A stretch of 64,000 nucleotides of DNA from positions 868,001 to 932,000 of the forward strand of contig JAYWIR010000014.1 of assembly GCA_036172245.1 (NCBI GenBank), given 5' to 3'. The notes beneath the pieces were generated by a model, which was not told the DNA's origin, did no database searches, and was given only the letters and a program-made list of their open reading frames with translations. This document shows, in pieces, positions 1 to 12,900 of the stretch (the first letter of the stretch is position 1; every line of letters starts with the position of its first letter). Origin of the DNA: Raillietiella orientalis. Its lineage: Eukaryota. Both the position numbers and the translations under genes were made by a program.

Positions 1-1755
1 TCCGACGGAGGACGAGCAGAGATGCAGAATAGATAGATCGGGAAACTGGGAGCCCGGAACTCCGTCCGGAAGGAGGGAAGTCCCTTTTCCCTTGGGATCC
101 TTAAGGAACGAGGGCCTGGTATGACCAGCAAAGGAGCGATGAGGAGAAAGATGGAGGACCGCTCCAGAGTTTGGGACTTATCTGGAGACTTCTCTGTTCT
201 TTGGGGATGGAACAAGAACCATCTGAGTCCTTGGGGGCGCTTGCAGTCGCCGTGCGACGAAGGGACCAGTCCTGACCTCTCGCTCGCGGTTCTTTCATCC
301 AAGCTCGGACTGGCCTCTGGAGCCGGCGACCGCAGCCAGCAATGCGCGAAGGCTTCATCCAGGATGTGGCTGCGTCCTCCTTCCCTCATGTGCCCCTAGT
401 GGGAATGAGACGCGCCTGCCTCATGCTAACTCGAGCGCTTTCCCCACTGCTTGTGAGGGCGTCCCCTAACGATTCTGGAAAACTCAGGGAACGCGTCTCT
501 TGGGGTGCACCGTCAGGGTAAGGAATGAACCCCCAAGAGAAAAAGGGGTAGGCGATGATCCTGGCCAAGTTCCTCGCAGAGAGGTGGACGGTTGCCTCGT
601 TACCGACCAGGGGAAGAGTTCTCGAAGGGACAAGAGCGCTCCAGAAAGAAACCCGGGCCCGTCCGAAGGTTCAGCCTCGAATGGCACCCTCCCCTCCTGA
701 TGCATTCGCTGTACAATTCCTGAACGGTGAGTGCAAGCAGTTTGGTACTCGACGTGTGAGTGCATGCGCGGAAGGTATCGAAGCAGGAAGCCGCGTTCCG
801 CGCCGTAGCAACCCGGCAGGTACGTTACTGAGCCCGCTGGGCATTCCTCCGAGGGAGGCCGTCTGCGAGTCCAGGATCGGAATTTTTCGGTTCCCCCCTT
901 TCCTCAACTGCCGCCGCACTTGTGCAAGGCGAGCTCTCCCTTCGCCCGCTGTCTTCCCAGATGGAACTAGGATTTCCCCTTTCCCGCCAGTCGATGGATC
1001 CCGACTCGAAATTTCAATCGCCAGGCTTCCCTTTTGCATCCGAGGAAGGCAGGAGCTTTCCTTCCGGCCGTCGTCTTTGGAGTTTGATACCCTGCTTTCC
1101 AGGACGTGCGTAGACGGGTGCGATTTTCGATCTTCCTACAGGCCCCTGAGGGAGGCAGAGAGACGGATGATCCCGTCCTTCCAGGAGGGAGGATGGGAGC
1201 GAAGGAGCAGGGAGAACAACGTCACCCTTTCACCTGCATACATCCCATGACACCAGATCGGGAATCCGTCCGACACCCCAAGACCTTTTTTTTTCCTTCT
1301 CCCTCCCCCTCCCTCTCATCCCTGGGAACGTGCGACCGTCCTTCTGCTTGCATCAACCAGCCGGAGCTACGGGTGCTCTAGCTGGTTAATGCGAGGGAAT
1401 GCGAACATATCGTCAAGGAGAGCAAAGGGAATCCAGATCAGAGGACTCAGCCACAGCTCCCTTGGAGCATTTTCGTCCCTAGTGGCGATAAGAGCACCTC
1501 GTGGCGGTTGACCCTAAAGTCCCTCTAGAGAAAGTTTCCTCTAAAGAGAAGAGCTCGGTGACCTTATTCCCATCCTTCCTCACCCACGTGCCCATTCCGG
1601 CCTCGTTTCGGGAGTTCCGCCCACGAAGTGAGGGTAATCCATCCGAATCATTGCCCCTGGACACTGTTTCTTTGGTACCACCGAGGCACCTTCCTCCTTT
1701 CCCGTCCCTTTCCTGATCTCCAGGCGAATCTATCCACCCTACCTTCACCACTCAC

Positions 1756-1882
1756 CGTTGAGGAAGTCGCGCAGGTACCTCCCCAGAACGGTCAGCACCC
1801 GGTCGTACCCATACTGGCTGACGTAGGCCACGAACGACTTGCCCATGGCAAACATGAAGTCGTTCTTGGAGATGTGCAGCTC
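1756..1882 (-). CDS. Gyc88E: Atypical soluble guanylyl cyclase (Gyc88E-like), coding exon 2
   Basis: Acceptor ctttctatccttccag|GAG. Encodes [42 protein letters not shown](G), matching the [22 protein letters not shown] motif. Donor AACG|GTGAGT (phase 1), in phase with exon 1. The next exon (LDNLHEY...) was not found in 1-1755. Confidence 0.93.
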
Positions 1883-2474
1883 CTGGAAGGATAGAAAGCC
1901 ATGAGCAGGATCAAGTGCGCCTGTTGCGTGAGAAGCCAAGGGTTCTCTTTACTCTCTCGAGCGCGCGGAGGAGCAAGGAGACCGTGATCGCAGTAGAAGT
2001 CACTTCGGATGACGAGCCAACGCTACTGGCGTGATCGCAAGGGGACACCAGGAGGAATAGCAATAGGAGGAGAGGAGAGGGGGGAAGTCTTCCCCTTCCC
2101 GAGGGGTGGGTGAAGACACCACCAACCATCGTCGTGCGAGGAACAGGGATGAGACTCATCCTGGCCTTTTCGCCCATCGACACGTGGGTCCGCGGGCTAC
2201 GAGAGCTCGTGGAAGGAAGTTGTGAAAAATAGGGGGGAAAAAAAGGAAGGAGGCGTTGGGTGAGGAGCAAGAAAAACTCCAGATGAGGCTCTTACGCGGG
2301 TCCACGTTTGGAAGGAGTCAGTTCAAGAGGGACTCGGCTGTCGAGGATCGGGTATATTCCCGGAATCTCTCCCCGCTGCCGCAGTGGCACCGTTGCTGCG
2401 AGCTCGGGTCGCAGCACCGGAAGCTGACGCTGAACCCCTGTCGCGGCGTGGTGAAGGTGCCCGCCCTCCTCTAC

Positions 2475-2642
2475 CTGAACAGCGATCTCCAGCAGCTTGG
2501 AGATGAGGTTCTCCGGGTACACCTGGTGGGTGCTGAAGCTGGGCATATCCACCTCAGCCAAGCGGCGGATGCGATCCCACGTCTGATCTCCATATTCCTT
2601 GCGGATGACATCTGCGAAGTTCTCCAGGAGGATGCCGTACAT
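2475..2642 (-). CDS. Gyc88E: Atypical soluble guanylyl cyclase (Gyc88E-like), coding exon 1, N-terminal H-NOX domain
   Basis: Translates MYGILLENFADVIRKEYGDQTWDRIRRLAEVDMPSFSTHQVYPENLISKLLEIAVQ (56 codons). It closely resembles the insect Gyc88E N-terminus (MYGLLLENL...W..IRR.A.ID.PSFS.HQVYPENL). An in-frame TGA lies 9 nt upstream of the ATG. The exon ends at a phase-0 donor CAG|GTAGAG, where similarity also stops. Confidence 0.93.
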
Positions 2643-2680
2643 CCCTGGTCAGCGCGCGGGCCCTAGGCACACGAAGAACA
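2643..2680 (-). promoter_or_regulatory. Probable splice acceptor plus 20-nt 5'UTR in front of the sGC ATG, implying an upstream non-coding exon
   Basis: Minus strand reads gttcttcgtgtgcctag|ggcccgcgcgctgaccagggATG, with the AG at 2664-2663. Confidence 0.45.
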
Positions 2681-5239
2681 CTTCAGCATTGTGGCCTCGG
2701 AGGCCGTGGCGTGGCGATCGTGCGCGTGGAAAGGTGGGGTAGAGTGCTTGCACCGCACCGGGAAGAAGGCTTATGGGGAAGCAGAGCGCTGCTTCCTCAG
2801 GGGACGAGGGAGAGGAGAGCAATCGACTTTGACGGAGCAGCTACCGGACATCCGAGTGGTCCATAGACCATTTGATCTCCTAGGCGGAGAGAAACCCGCA
2901 CGGTTGCCTTGGAGAGTACAGGGAGTATCAAAGGCATCAGGCAATGCCAACCCGCATTGTCGAAAAGGAGGATCACGAGTATGAGACTCCCCTTCCGGAG
3001 CAAGAGTGACCGTTGCTCCCCTTCTTTCTTCCAGGAGGGAATCGAAGACATCCCAGAGAACGTGAGGACCCTCGAAAGGGTCTTTGAGGACTTTTCGGTG
3101 ACCGACGGCCTCTAGCGAGAAGAGCCCTCCTTTCCAATGACCCCCTACATCTGCAAGAATCTTCCAGGTAACTTGCGTACCCCTTCCTCACATGACGTGA
3201 CGTCGTCTCCTCCGGCTGCTGCGGTCACTTCACCAACCGCTCTGAGGGTGAAGGGTGCTCGAGGCTGGGATTCTAATGGGAGCCAACTTTTTAAAGTGCA
3301 GGACGAGAAGAGTAGGGGAAGGGGAGCGGAAGGGGGAGGATTGACGACCCTTCTCCTGCACACCCTCGTTTTTCTACGATGGGTTGCTATGGCACGTCCG
3401 AAAGTCTCCCAAAGGCTGTGACCAACCGTCAGAAGAGAAGGAAGAGAGCAGGAAAGGGATGATGCATGCTAGGGGAGAAGGGTGCCTAAGAAGACCTACA
3501 CAAGTTTCTGTGGTCGAGGTCTTCCTTTTCTGGCCATATATATTCTCCCGGATCGGACCTCTCTAAATGCCTCCCATGAGAGCTATCTTCAGAGTTTTCC
3601 CCTCTCCCGCCCGCTTCCTCTTCCACTATACCCACCCCTTGTCGTTGCTTGCTTGTCCTGCGAGTGCGCACGTGGATGCTGCGAGCCAAACAAACACAGC
3701 GAAGCTCGCATCCTTCCTCCTTCCTTCCTTATCCCCCCCCCCCATCCTCTCCATCCCTCCCGAGGCGGAAGCGGCGCGGAACGCCAGGGAAGACGCGGAC
3801 ACAAACTCGGGGAGCAGCAGACTACGACCTTACCCGAAGGCGAAGGGTCCTGGAAGGGTCGGTGCGCGCGTGCGGACTTCAAGGCTGCTCGTGGGTACGG
3901 CTGGTGCCAGAGGGAAACCTCGAGCTAATGCACACGGGCGATCCTCTCGCTTCCTCTGGCTCATCACCTTCGCGTGTTCCCGCATTCCCGGGGGTCCGGC
4001 ACGCGGCTCGGTCCTAGTTCGCACCTCAGGTAAATTCCGGACTCATGTCCCAGCTCCCTTCTCCAGACGAAGCGCGCTCCGAAGGACTGCTGGATGTTCC
4101 ACGAAAGTGCGCAGGAGCAACGGGAAAGAGGAGGGAATATCGTCCAGATAAGAGGGCAGGCAAGGGGGAGTCACTTTCAGTCTGACCTCAGAACATCTTG
4201 AGTTTCTTCCTGGTTCGGAGCATCTCCATTCCTCCTCACCCGACCAGGAAGAATGCCAGCGCGCTCCGGCATCCCTCCTCTCCTAGGTCACCCCTGTCCA
4301 AAACCTATTTGAAGGCGGGGATACTCTGCTAGCCAGCAGTATGAGAGCGTTGCCCCGATGAGGAGGCGCTCCCTTCTCCGTCACCAACTCCCTGGACAGC
4401 TCCACGTCCTTCTCTGTCCGATCCGCAGACCGCTGCATGCGATCTTTCGACGACAATCGCAGTCGATGACCGCCCTCCTCTTTCGTCTCGGAGGTGGTTG
4501 CATTCCTTGCTCCCTTTCCTCTTGTTTTTCGTAGCGTCCGTCAAGATGAGGTAAACAGGGGGAGGAATGGAGGTCGTGGGACTTCCTTAAACCTGCTAGG
4601 GCAGCAGGGGACCCTCTTGCAGGGAGAAAAGTCACCGCTTCATCAAGAGAGAGAGGAGTCGGGAGAGATCCCCCGGGGACACCACTTTCTGTGGAGTCCT
4701 CTTTTCAGAAGGCTCCCGCCGTCGGTGACGGATGCGGGTTCTCGCAGGAATGCTTGGGGCGCTCTTTGCAGGAGGTGCAGCCGCGGCAGCGCCACCCAGA
4801 GCGGAAACAAGGGACGGATGAACACTGTGGCGCATGGGTCACCGATCGGGAGGTCCAGAGTTAGCAGGGACGCGTGTCCTTCGGCTGCCTGGAAAGTTCC
4901 ACGAAGATACTCCCCCTCTCGCGGAGGAAAACGAGATGCTTATGAAGGGTGTTAGGCGAATTTCAGAAGGGAAAAGGGGAAGAGGATAGGAGGGAAGGAT
5001 CAAGAGGGGGGAAGGGAGGGCAGATGACCGTTCTGGAAGCCGACATGACAAAGGATACGACAGCCCTCTCTCCTGAGGTGCCCGTTGTGCTTTCACGAGA
5101 CTCGGAAGAATCCCCCCCGAAAGGGGGTCTGTTCCTTCACAACCGGAGGGGAGCTCTCACTCCGTGATTCCTGGGAGGACCCGGAGGTCGACTCCCGTTT
5201 GTCTCAGCCGTCATCGGGAGCAATCGGTTTCAACCGCTA

Positions 5240-5400
5240 CCAGTGCCGCACCCCGATGAATGTAGGCCAACCAGCGCCTTCTTGCGGGGTAAACTCGGAA
5301 CCCACGACGCATTGCGTCGATTCCTTCGGAGTATTCGAATCCACGAGGTATGATGCCACGCGCGGAGACCACCGTAACCACACGGCCTCTGATACGGGCT
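5240..5400 (-). mobile_element. tRNA-derived SINE, diverged copy 1
   Basis: Shares collinear blocks with 16453-16629: ccagtgccgcaccc, ctcgNaacccacgacgcat, gcgtcg, attcgaa, tgccacgcgcNgagacc. The minus strand has a B-box remnant ggattcgaatac. Confidence 0.6.
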
Positions 5401-7848
5401 TCACCAACCGAGAGGAAAAAGCGGGTCGGACTCGTGCCGCTAGGGCGCCACTGGCAGAAATCCCCCCGAAAAGCCGCGTCCGACGGAAAAAGGAAGAAAC
5501 ATCTCTAAGATTTCAGAATCTTCGGTAAACGGCACTAGCAAAGGCGATCAGTGGGGATGACGAGGACCCACGCAGGATCCAGCGGGGCTGATGCCTACGG
5601 GCGGGAACGCTGGAAAACGGGAAAGGCGGGAGGGAGAGAGGGTGACCTTGCTGTCGGAAAACCAGGAACAACCTTTCTCTTTAGCCCCCCAGGAAAAGTC
5701 TACTTCCCATGAACGAAGCGTGGTTCCATCCAACTCTCCATGCCTGGATGTTCCGACGGAGGAGGGGGATCTCCCTTCCGAGAGGACGTCGGGTCCATTG
5801 CCTCAGGGGAACAGGATAACCGCCAGGCCGGCGCTCGTGTTACCGGAGTCATACCACTTCCTTGAGACGCCTGAATCTTCAGAATGCACAGTCACGAGAA
5901 GATGTCACGCTGGATCAAGGTCACAGAAGGTTCCAGTGGCTAAAGCGTTCTTTTGACCGAGGGCATCCTCAATGTGCTTCGCCCGCGGCGGCGGCGGCGG
6001 CGCGCCGAGAGCATGCCGCAGCCTCCCGGAAGAGCGGGCAGGAGGGTAGGGGGACGGGAGGAGGAAGGAGGAGAAAGGGCGCAGTGGGCTGCAGTTCTCC
6101 AGGCGCCAATGTTGCGCGTGCCCCTCTGGTAAGATCCGACCCGAAGTTCCCGTGGAAGAGTGTCTCCGCTTTCTTCGGCCTCTCCCGGGAGGACTCGAAG
6201 GTGTGAAGGGCGGGAAGGCAGGAAAGCAAAGCGTGGTCTTCTCGCCCCAGGGCTCGAGGAACGCTTCGGGAACAGATAAGGACCCTTCCTCTTGCTCCCG
6301 TTTCGCCTCTGTCACAGGGACGGATCGCAAAGATGAGTTCCGCGCCCTGGGGTACAAAACCATTCTTCCTCCAGAGCAAAAGGATAGGGACACGGCTCTG
6401 AGGGTGAAGAACGGCTCACCCATCTCTTGAAGGCTCGAAACGTCAAGGACCGTGGAAATTTTCCGAAAAGCATCCAGCGGTGACGTGCCGGAGGGCTGCC
6501 TCTCCTCCCGTCTTGTTCCCCTTCCTCAAACCAGCAGGCGCCCTTCCGTTCGTGCCCTATTCCTGGACCTTTGCAGCCGAGCCCGATGCCGCCGTTAAAG
6601 CCGCTCTTCGGGGCAAGACCTGCTTGAGAGGAAGACCTCATCTTCCTTCCTGGAGATGGTATCTCGCAAAAGGGCGAAACTTCCCTGACCTCGTTCTCGG
6701 GAAGAAGCCGTGCTGTCTGGAGTCTCATCATTTGCCTCGCTCTCCAAGGGACGGACCGTGTTTCTGCTCCCCTCATTTTCTTCCTATCTTTGCTTGCTGG
6801 TCTCTGGCTTGCTTTCGGGACGATGGACGTTCGGAATAATGAACGCCTCATGCGGCAGTGTCTGCAGAACTAATCCCTTCTCTGAGATCCCACCCGCCCA
6901 CGGTATAGACCCGTCGACGCTTCCTGCCACCGCCACGCCCCCTTCCCGGCGGTGACGGTACGAAATCTGCACATCGAAATGGTACACATTTTCTCGGAAC
7001 GGTGTGTTCCCCCGAGGCCTAAGCCTCAGAGGGAGCAGCAGGCCTCCGAAAGGCGAGGTGCGACGCCGAGGAGTCAGGAAGGAGAGGTCATCGCTTGCAT
7101 TCCGGGAAGCGCCCGGGGAGCTTGAGAGAGAAGGTGATGGTCATGATGCTGAGAGGGCAGCATCATGGCCATTACCTTTCCTCCCCTCTCCTAGATCCCT
7201 ACTAGCCTGTTTTCTGACAGCCACCCTTCTTCCCTTCTTCCGCGATTGCCACTCCCAGAAAACCAAATCTCTCTCTCCCCTCCCCCACCCCTTAGGGTAG
7301 ACTCTTCCCCTTCCAGTGTCTCCTGATCATGGGATCCGTTTGAGGATGTACCTCCTCTTGAGGCTCCCCTCTCCTCTGTCAGGTGGAAGAGATCTTAGGG
7401 GAGTTCCAACCGCCTTTCCCTTCTGGGTCTCTCTAATGGGGAGGCATGCCTTCGCCAGTCGATCCATCCAGTAACGGGAGCCGCAATTGCCTCATCCTTC
7501 ATCGATCGAGCACCCATTCACTTCCACACTACCGTCTGAACTTGGACAGGTGGCCCTCGAGAGTCTCTCCGGCTCGCATCATTCCTCTGATCCGCGGCAG
7601 GGGCCTCCTTGACTCCTTTCATGGCAGCATCGTCGCTTGCTTATCCGAGCAGTAGGAGTTGTAGGTTCCCTCTGCCGAATGGGACGTCTACTCCACTTCG
7701 CTAGGATCTCCAGACGTGCGACCCGTGAGTCCTGTTTTCCCTGTGCCTCAGCATCTCCTGCCGCGGCATCCTCGTTTGTCCGCTTAACTGCACGTATGGC
7801 GCCGCTGAGATCGCATGCAACCGGAGGAGCCACTCTCGGCATCCTCCT

Positions 7849-8139
7849 CTAAATATAGACCCGTGAGTTATCACGTGACGATGGCATCGCCTCAGTCTCC
7901 AGGAATAACCACCTTAGCGCAACGATCTGTTGCCCGAGAAACGCGATTCATCCCCCAGCCCGATCCCGATCCACACTTCGATCTATATTTAGGAGCCGTG
8001 CGAGGTCGGAGATGGATTTTCATATGCACTACACGTCGTCAAGCAGCGGTCGATAAACCGAGGGTGCAAAAGATGCAGACACATGAATCTGAGGGGGGGG
8101 GAAGAAAAAGAAAAAAGAGCGACCTGTGGCTAAATTTAA
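7849..8139. promoter_or_regulatory. Candidate enhancer: three MEF2-consensus sites plus a CACGTG E-box
   Basis: CTAAATATAG (7849-7858), CTATATTTAG (7983-7992) and CTAAATTTAA (8130-8139) all fit YTA(W)4TAR. TCACGTGA lies at 7871-7878. Motif match only. Confidence 0.3.
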
Positions 8140-9599
8140 AAGCAACAACAAAAGATTGGGTTCCTCTCTGGAATATGAAGGATCCAGGAACAGGATCGTC
8201 TTCCTCTAGAGTTTCATAGCAATCTTGCTTTTCTGGAAAGACACCGAGGTCCAAATAACAGGCCCGACACTCTCACTAGATTTATTCTTGTATGTTATTG
8301 TCAGCAAAGTAGCGTGGGCAGCTCCATGTTAATGACGTTGTTAAGCCCCTCCAGAAAAGCAAGACGAACCCAGTCCAGAGACGGAGAATCGAGCCACCGG
8401 ATTGGTCTCAGACCGGGATCTCCTACTCCGAGTGGACAAAGATCGGTTTGCGACTGCGGTAGCTTGGGGAAACAACCTCACCTGAAGGGCAACTCGAAAG
8501 ATCGAGCCTTTCTCTGAGGAGAGCTTTAGCGCGCAGTTTGCCAAAACCCGAATGGTGCCGGCTGCAGCAGGAGAGACAAAGGGCAGAAAAAAGGAGAGAC
8601 AGAAGGCAGACAAAAGGGGAAAGCAGCGGTAGACTTTTACTTTGATGTACTTTGTCCCGCTGGACACGGAAGTGAGAGGAACCCTTTGTTTCCTTCCTTT
8701 GGAACGAAATTCACGATCGGGAAACGCATCGAAGCTCACAAATCGAATCCTAGCAAATGCAACAGATTCACGAGAGGCAAGCAAACATCCTACCATTCAA
8801 ATGGCTTTCGAGAGAACTCAATTGTTGCATGCAATGTTACAGGATAAGTGAGTTCATTATGCATTAATTTTATTCCTTAGACGTATACATATTATACTTC
8901 ATCAAGAAAACATAACTCTTGATTGCTGCCCTTTTTTCGAACATGCACATTCTTTCGCCTCAGTTTTAACACTGGAACCGTTGATTTTGTCTTCCAGTAG
9001 GGATAAGGAGATTCACTTTCATGCTTCAACTAGAGAGAACCAGGAAATTTGGAAAGATGCTGTTCTCAACTACCGTTGACCCGTGAACTTGAAATTCATC
9101 CAGGAATTTATTTTTCTGAATCGAAGCTCTCTCCCACTGAATGCAAGCACTTGTGTTTTAATCCAAAGAAATTCATCCTCCTAATGAAGATGAAGATCCC
9201 TACTTTCCAGGATTCTATCTCTTACACGAGGGGTACCCCTAAATCGACTTGGAATCATGAAAAATGTGACGATTTTCGTGTGACCTTGTGCTCGAAATTT
9301 TCTCAAGTTCCGTTCCGAAATCCCGATTGCATCATTTTCCAAGCCCGTTTCCACGACGACTAGCATGATTTCGAAGCTGCTGAATTCATCTCACGTCCAA
9401 ACAAGCGGCTGCTCAAATCTCCCTCTTCATTAGATTTCATACATTCTTGTGGAAAGTGACCCACCAATCCTATGGGAATTCGGACTTGTGTCGATAAGCT
9501 TGCCACGAGAGATTCCCGTTGTTGCATCCCAACAGCTACAGCACTGGAGTCTCATACAAAATGAGTCCCACTAGAATCCCATGCCTCAGGTCTTCACAA

Positions 9600-9900
9600 A
9601 GGATTGACCAAAGGAAGAAAACAGCGAACCTTCTGACTTCTCCGAATCAGCCACAAGAACCCAAATGACAAGACTGTCACCGTCCCCGATCACCAATTTA
9701 TCCTTTAACGATCATGGATGAGAAGTAAGGGAAGCTACCAAGATCAGATCAGTAAGCATTGCTGCCGTTCAACCACTGGAGAGAGCGCAACCAAAAACAA
9801 CGGAATTCTCGAATCAGTACGTTTGCATCTGTCCTTGTCGAAAGAGGGAACAATCCATAGCATCGGAGGGTTCTCGCACCCTGCTGCATTTGTCGCGAAA
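9600..9900 (-). mobile_element. Degenerate Mutator-like (IGDGDS-type) transposase fragment
   Basis: Minus frame reads AAMLTDLILVASLTSHP*SLKDKLVIGDGDSLVIW...FGQSFVK. This resembles the animal Mutator-like motif AME.DII.EGF..S...HG.KY...IGDGDSSV...YG...V.K. Contains stops and frameshifts; lies in an AT-richer island. Confidence 0.55.
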
Positions 9901-12900
9901 GGCAGCAGGTGCCCCAGAACGATGCAACAGCAGTGATAAACAAGCAAGCAAGCAGAGGGAGAGAGAGAGAGCGAAAAAAAAGAACAGCGAAGGAACCGAG
10001 GCACTCATGCAAACCGGCTTACCTTTCCTGTGTCTCTTGGATTTAATGTGAGAGACTCACTTTTCGATGAGGACCATGGCGACTTTTCGAGATCACGCTT
10101 CTTCTTCTTGGGCAGAGAGGGAAGTCACTGTCAGATGAGCATTGAAATTATCAATAAAAAATTTCCAATTCTTGTCTTATATTCAGAAATGGATCGATGG
10201 CGGCCTTCGTGATTAGATCGGTCACGTGATGTGTCATTATTGGAAATTCATTTGCAAATCAGACACACGGGATAACCTGAACAAGTAGGACGCAGACGAG
10301 GATGTGGGATCGGAATGTCGCTCGCCGTCAGCTCTACGGGAGGGATGCCGCCGCGCCTTCTCGGCGGACCAGGGGGAAGGGGAACGGCAGGCACAAGGAG
10401 AAAAAACGATCCCTGATGTGTGTCGTGTGCGTGTCCTTTCCTTCCTTCCTTCCTCCCTCTTCCACCGGGAGCGAGCAAAGCGGGAACTGCGTTTGCGAAG
10501 GATCGAGATCCGTTTCGGGCTGAGAAAACGGTGGCGGGGGACAGAGAGGTCTCCGCAGATTCACATCTCCATGGATGGACGCGCCAAACTCCCTCTTCTC
10601 ACGCTATCCACCCGAGGCGGGAAGGCGGGAAAGGGACGCCTCCTGGAAGAGACGGGAAGGCAGCCTTTCCCTCCCGAAGCGAGTACAGTCCCGGCACGCA
10701 GCGCAGGAAAAGCTGTGCGGAAAGCGGGTACCTACGGAGCGAAGCGGTGCGAGGAGCGGCCGCTCCTCCGTTTGGAGAGCGGCAATGGGGTTCTCCGGAA
10801 ACTCTCCCCTCGCCTTCATCCTTCCTACCGGCCTTCTCCCTCGGGCGGGAGAACATGCTATGCTGCCTGGAGAAGAACCCATCGGTGGAACCCCATCGAC
10901 ATCCCGTGCTTTACATGCCAAGGGACCGCGACCACTCGCCCTTGAGGAACCTCAGAAGATCGCTGAGGATTTCGGGGCTCCAAAGTGCTCCAGAGTTTCT
11001 TGCATCTAGTCCCGCAACCCGGATATCTGGATCTTCTCTTTCCCTCCTTCCTTCCGCTTTCTGTCCTTGTCGTTTTTCCTTCTCTACACGGTATCTTCGT
11101 GAACCCCGAGGATTCATCCAGGGAAACAGGCACCCTTTCCCTTCTGTCCCACCTCCCGAGAGAACCCGAGATCGGCAATCTCCGCCCGAACCGGGAAGAA
11201 TCCCCAAGAGAGAGAGGATTCAATACTCTCCTGAAATTCGAAACGGGTGGTCGTCTACCGGGAGCATCCGATCCACCCGATTCCTCTCTTGCTGCTGACC
11301 TCCTAAGACCGGCAGAGAGGATGAAATACCACTTTCCTTGATATTCCTCCTCCCGTTCCTTCTGTTCCCCTTGAGGCTGCAACGATCTCTGTGAACGGAG
11401 CGGACGTCGAAAGCGAAAACATCGCTGCGAACGCCAGGAGTCATTGAGGGACTTTTCTGGGAAGTTTTAGACTGATGGACGATTCAGTCCTCGAGTCCAG
11501 AGCCGCGAAGGAGGGTGAGGGAGAAAAGAGCAGGGAAGTGCGGAAAATGGGGAGTCCATTGGGAGGGACTCGTTTACTCCTTCCATCTTCCTGAAGCGAA
11601 CGCCAGCTCTAGGGTAATGCACTTCGCTACTTCCTTCCTTCGTTACTAAGGGAAGGGAAAGCTCTACCCCGCATCAGAGGTGCAGGGAATGAGCTCCAGT
11701 GGAAGCAGTAGACTTTCGCAGGGAGAGACGGAAGTCCGAGGAGCCACGGGAAGGTCCTTTTCTGGTTGCCTCAAAATGGAACAAGAGGGTCAATCTTCTG
11801 CAGAGACTCCTCCTCCCGGATGTCTCCGGGATGTCCCCTGCTTCTTCTCCTTCTCCGGAATGCGAACTCCCAGTTCAGACGATTCATCTCATGGAGCGAA
11901 GGAGGGACGGGAAAGTGAGTAGGGAAAGAACGATCGTTCCCATTCCCCTTCTTCCCTTTTTCCCTCCAAGGAGGAAGGGATGAAGAGCCCAGATTGGGAA
12001 TGCCCGCCGGCGTGCGTCCTCCTCCAAGAGGGAAAAGGAAAAGCACACATATTAAAAAAAAGTCCGGCAAGTGAGCGCGACCTTAGGCGGATGTGCCTTT
12101 GTAGAGGGAGCGGTGGACGTCCCTGTGCAACGTGGCTATGGAGAAGTGCGAAGAGAGGCCCGTGATGTACCCCGCCCGCGGGAACACGTTTCGTCTCTGA
12201 CGCAGTTTGCAATTCTACAGAAGCTGGGGCTGAAGCTCAAACAGGGGCGGAGATCCTGTAGGCAACCACGACCTCCGCGAGTACCAGGAGAAAGGGCGAC
12301 GGCTGCGACCACGTGTCCATCGGGTAGTGGGATCGAAAGTGTCTGCATTCGAAAACTTAAGGATCCTTTTGGAACGATGATCCCGGAAAATCGAACCAAA
12401 CCAGCAGGCATGAGAAGAATGGAGCCGTCACTCTCCAGGATCGAGCTCGCAAGGCTCTGGCGACTGCTTTCGGGACCTCCGGCTCCTCACGCTTTTCCAT
12501 GGCTTCCGTTTGCGGTCCACTGGGAAGAGACCTCAGTTCCCTGGACAATTCGATTGGGAATGCATGAACGCCTTGGGAATGTACAATGAGTAGATCGGCC
12601 ACAGGAAGGACAGCTCATCGCGTACGTCCCGCGGAACCGAGAGGGGAGGAACAGCTGCTCCCAAAGCATCGTAATCAGATCCTTACCTATCAGACCGCCT
12701 GCCTAGCGCTTGCCCTGTCTCCCTTATTCCACAATCATTGCCGTCAGAAAACCGGGTCTTTTCCCCCCTCTGAAGGCTCAGACGGTCCCCTTCTGTGTCC
12801 CTCATCGAGAGCCTTTGGCCTCCTCTTAACCGGACCGTTCCAGGAGACTCATGTTACCCAGGTGACGGTTGCCCCTTGCCATGCGTGCGTCCACACTCCG

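Noticed and set aside
2292..2474. C-terminal half of the 116-aa ORF (VEEGGHLHHAA...)
   Set aside because: Intron read-through: H-NOX similarity stops at the CAG|GT donor and resumes at 1882.
10304..11382. Overlapping long ORFs of 213, 292 and 174 aa (similar ones at 555-1250, 21752-22579, 35669-36454)
   Set aside because: Arg/Pro/Ser-rich, open in several frames at once and with no recognisable motif; expected in GC-rich DNA.
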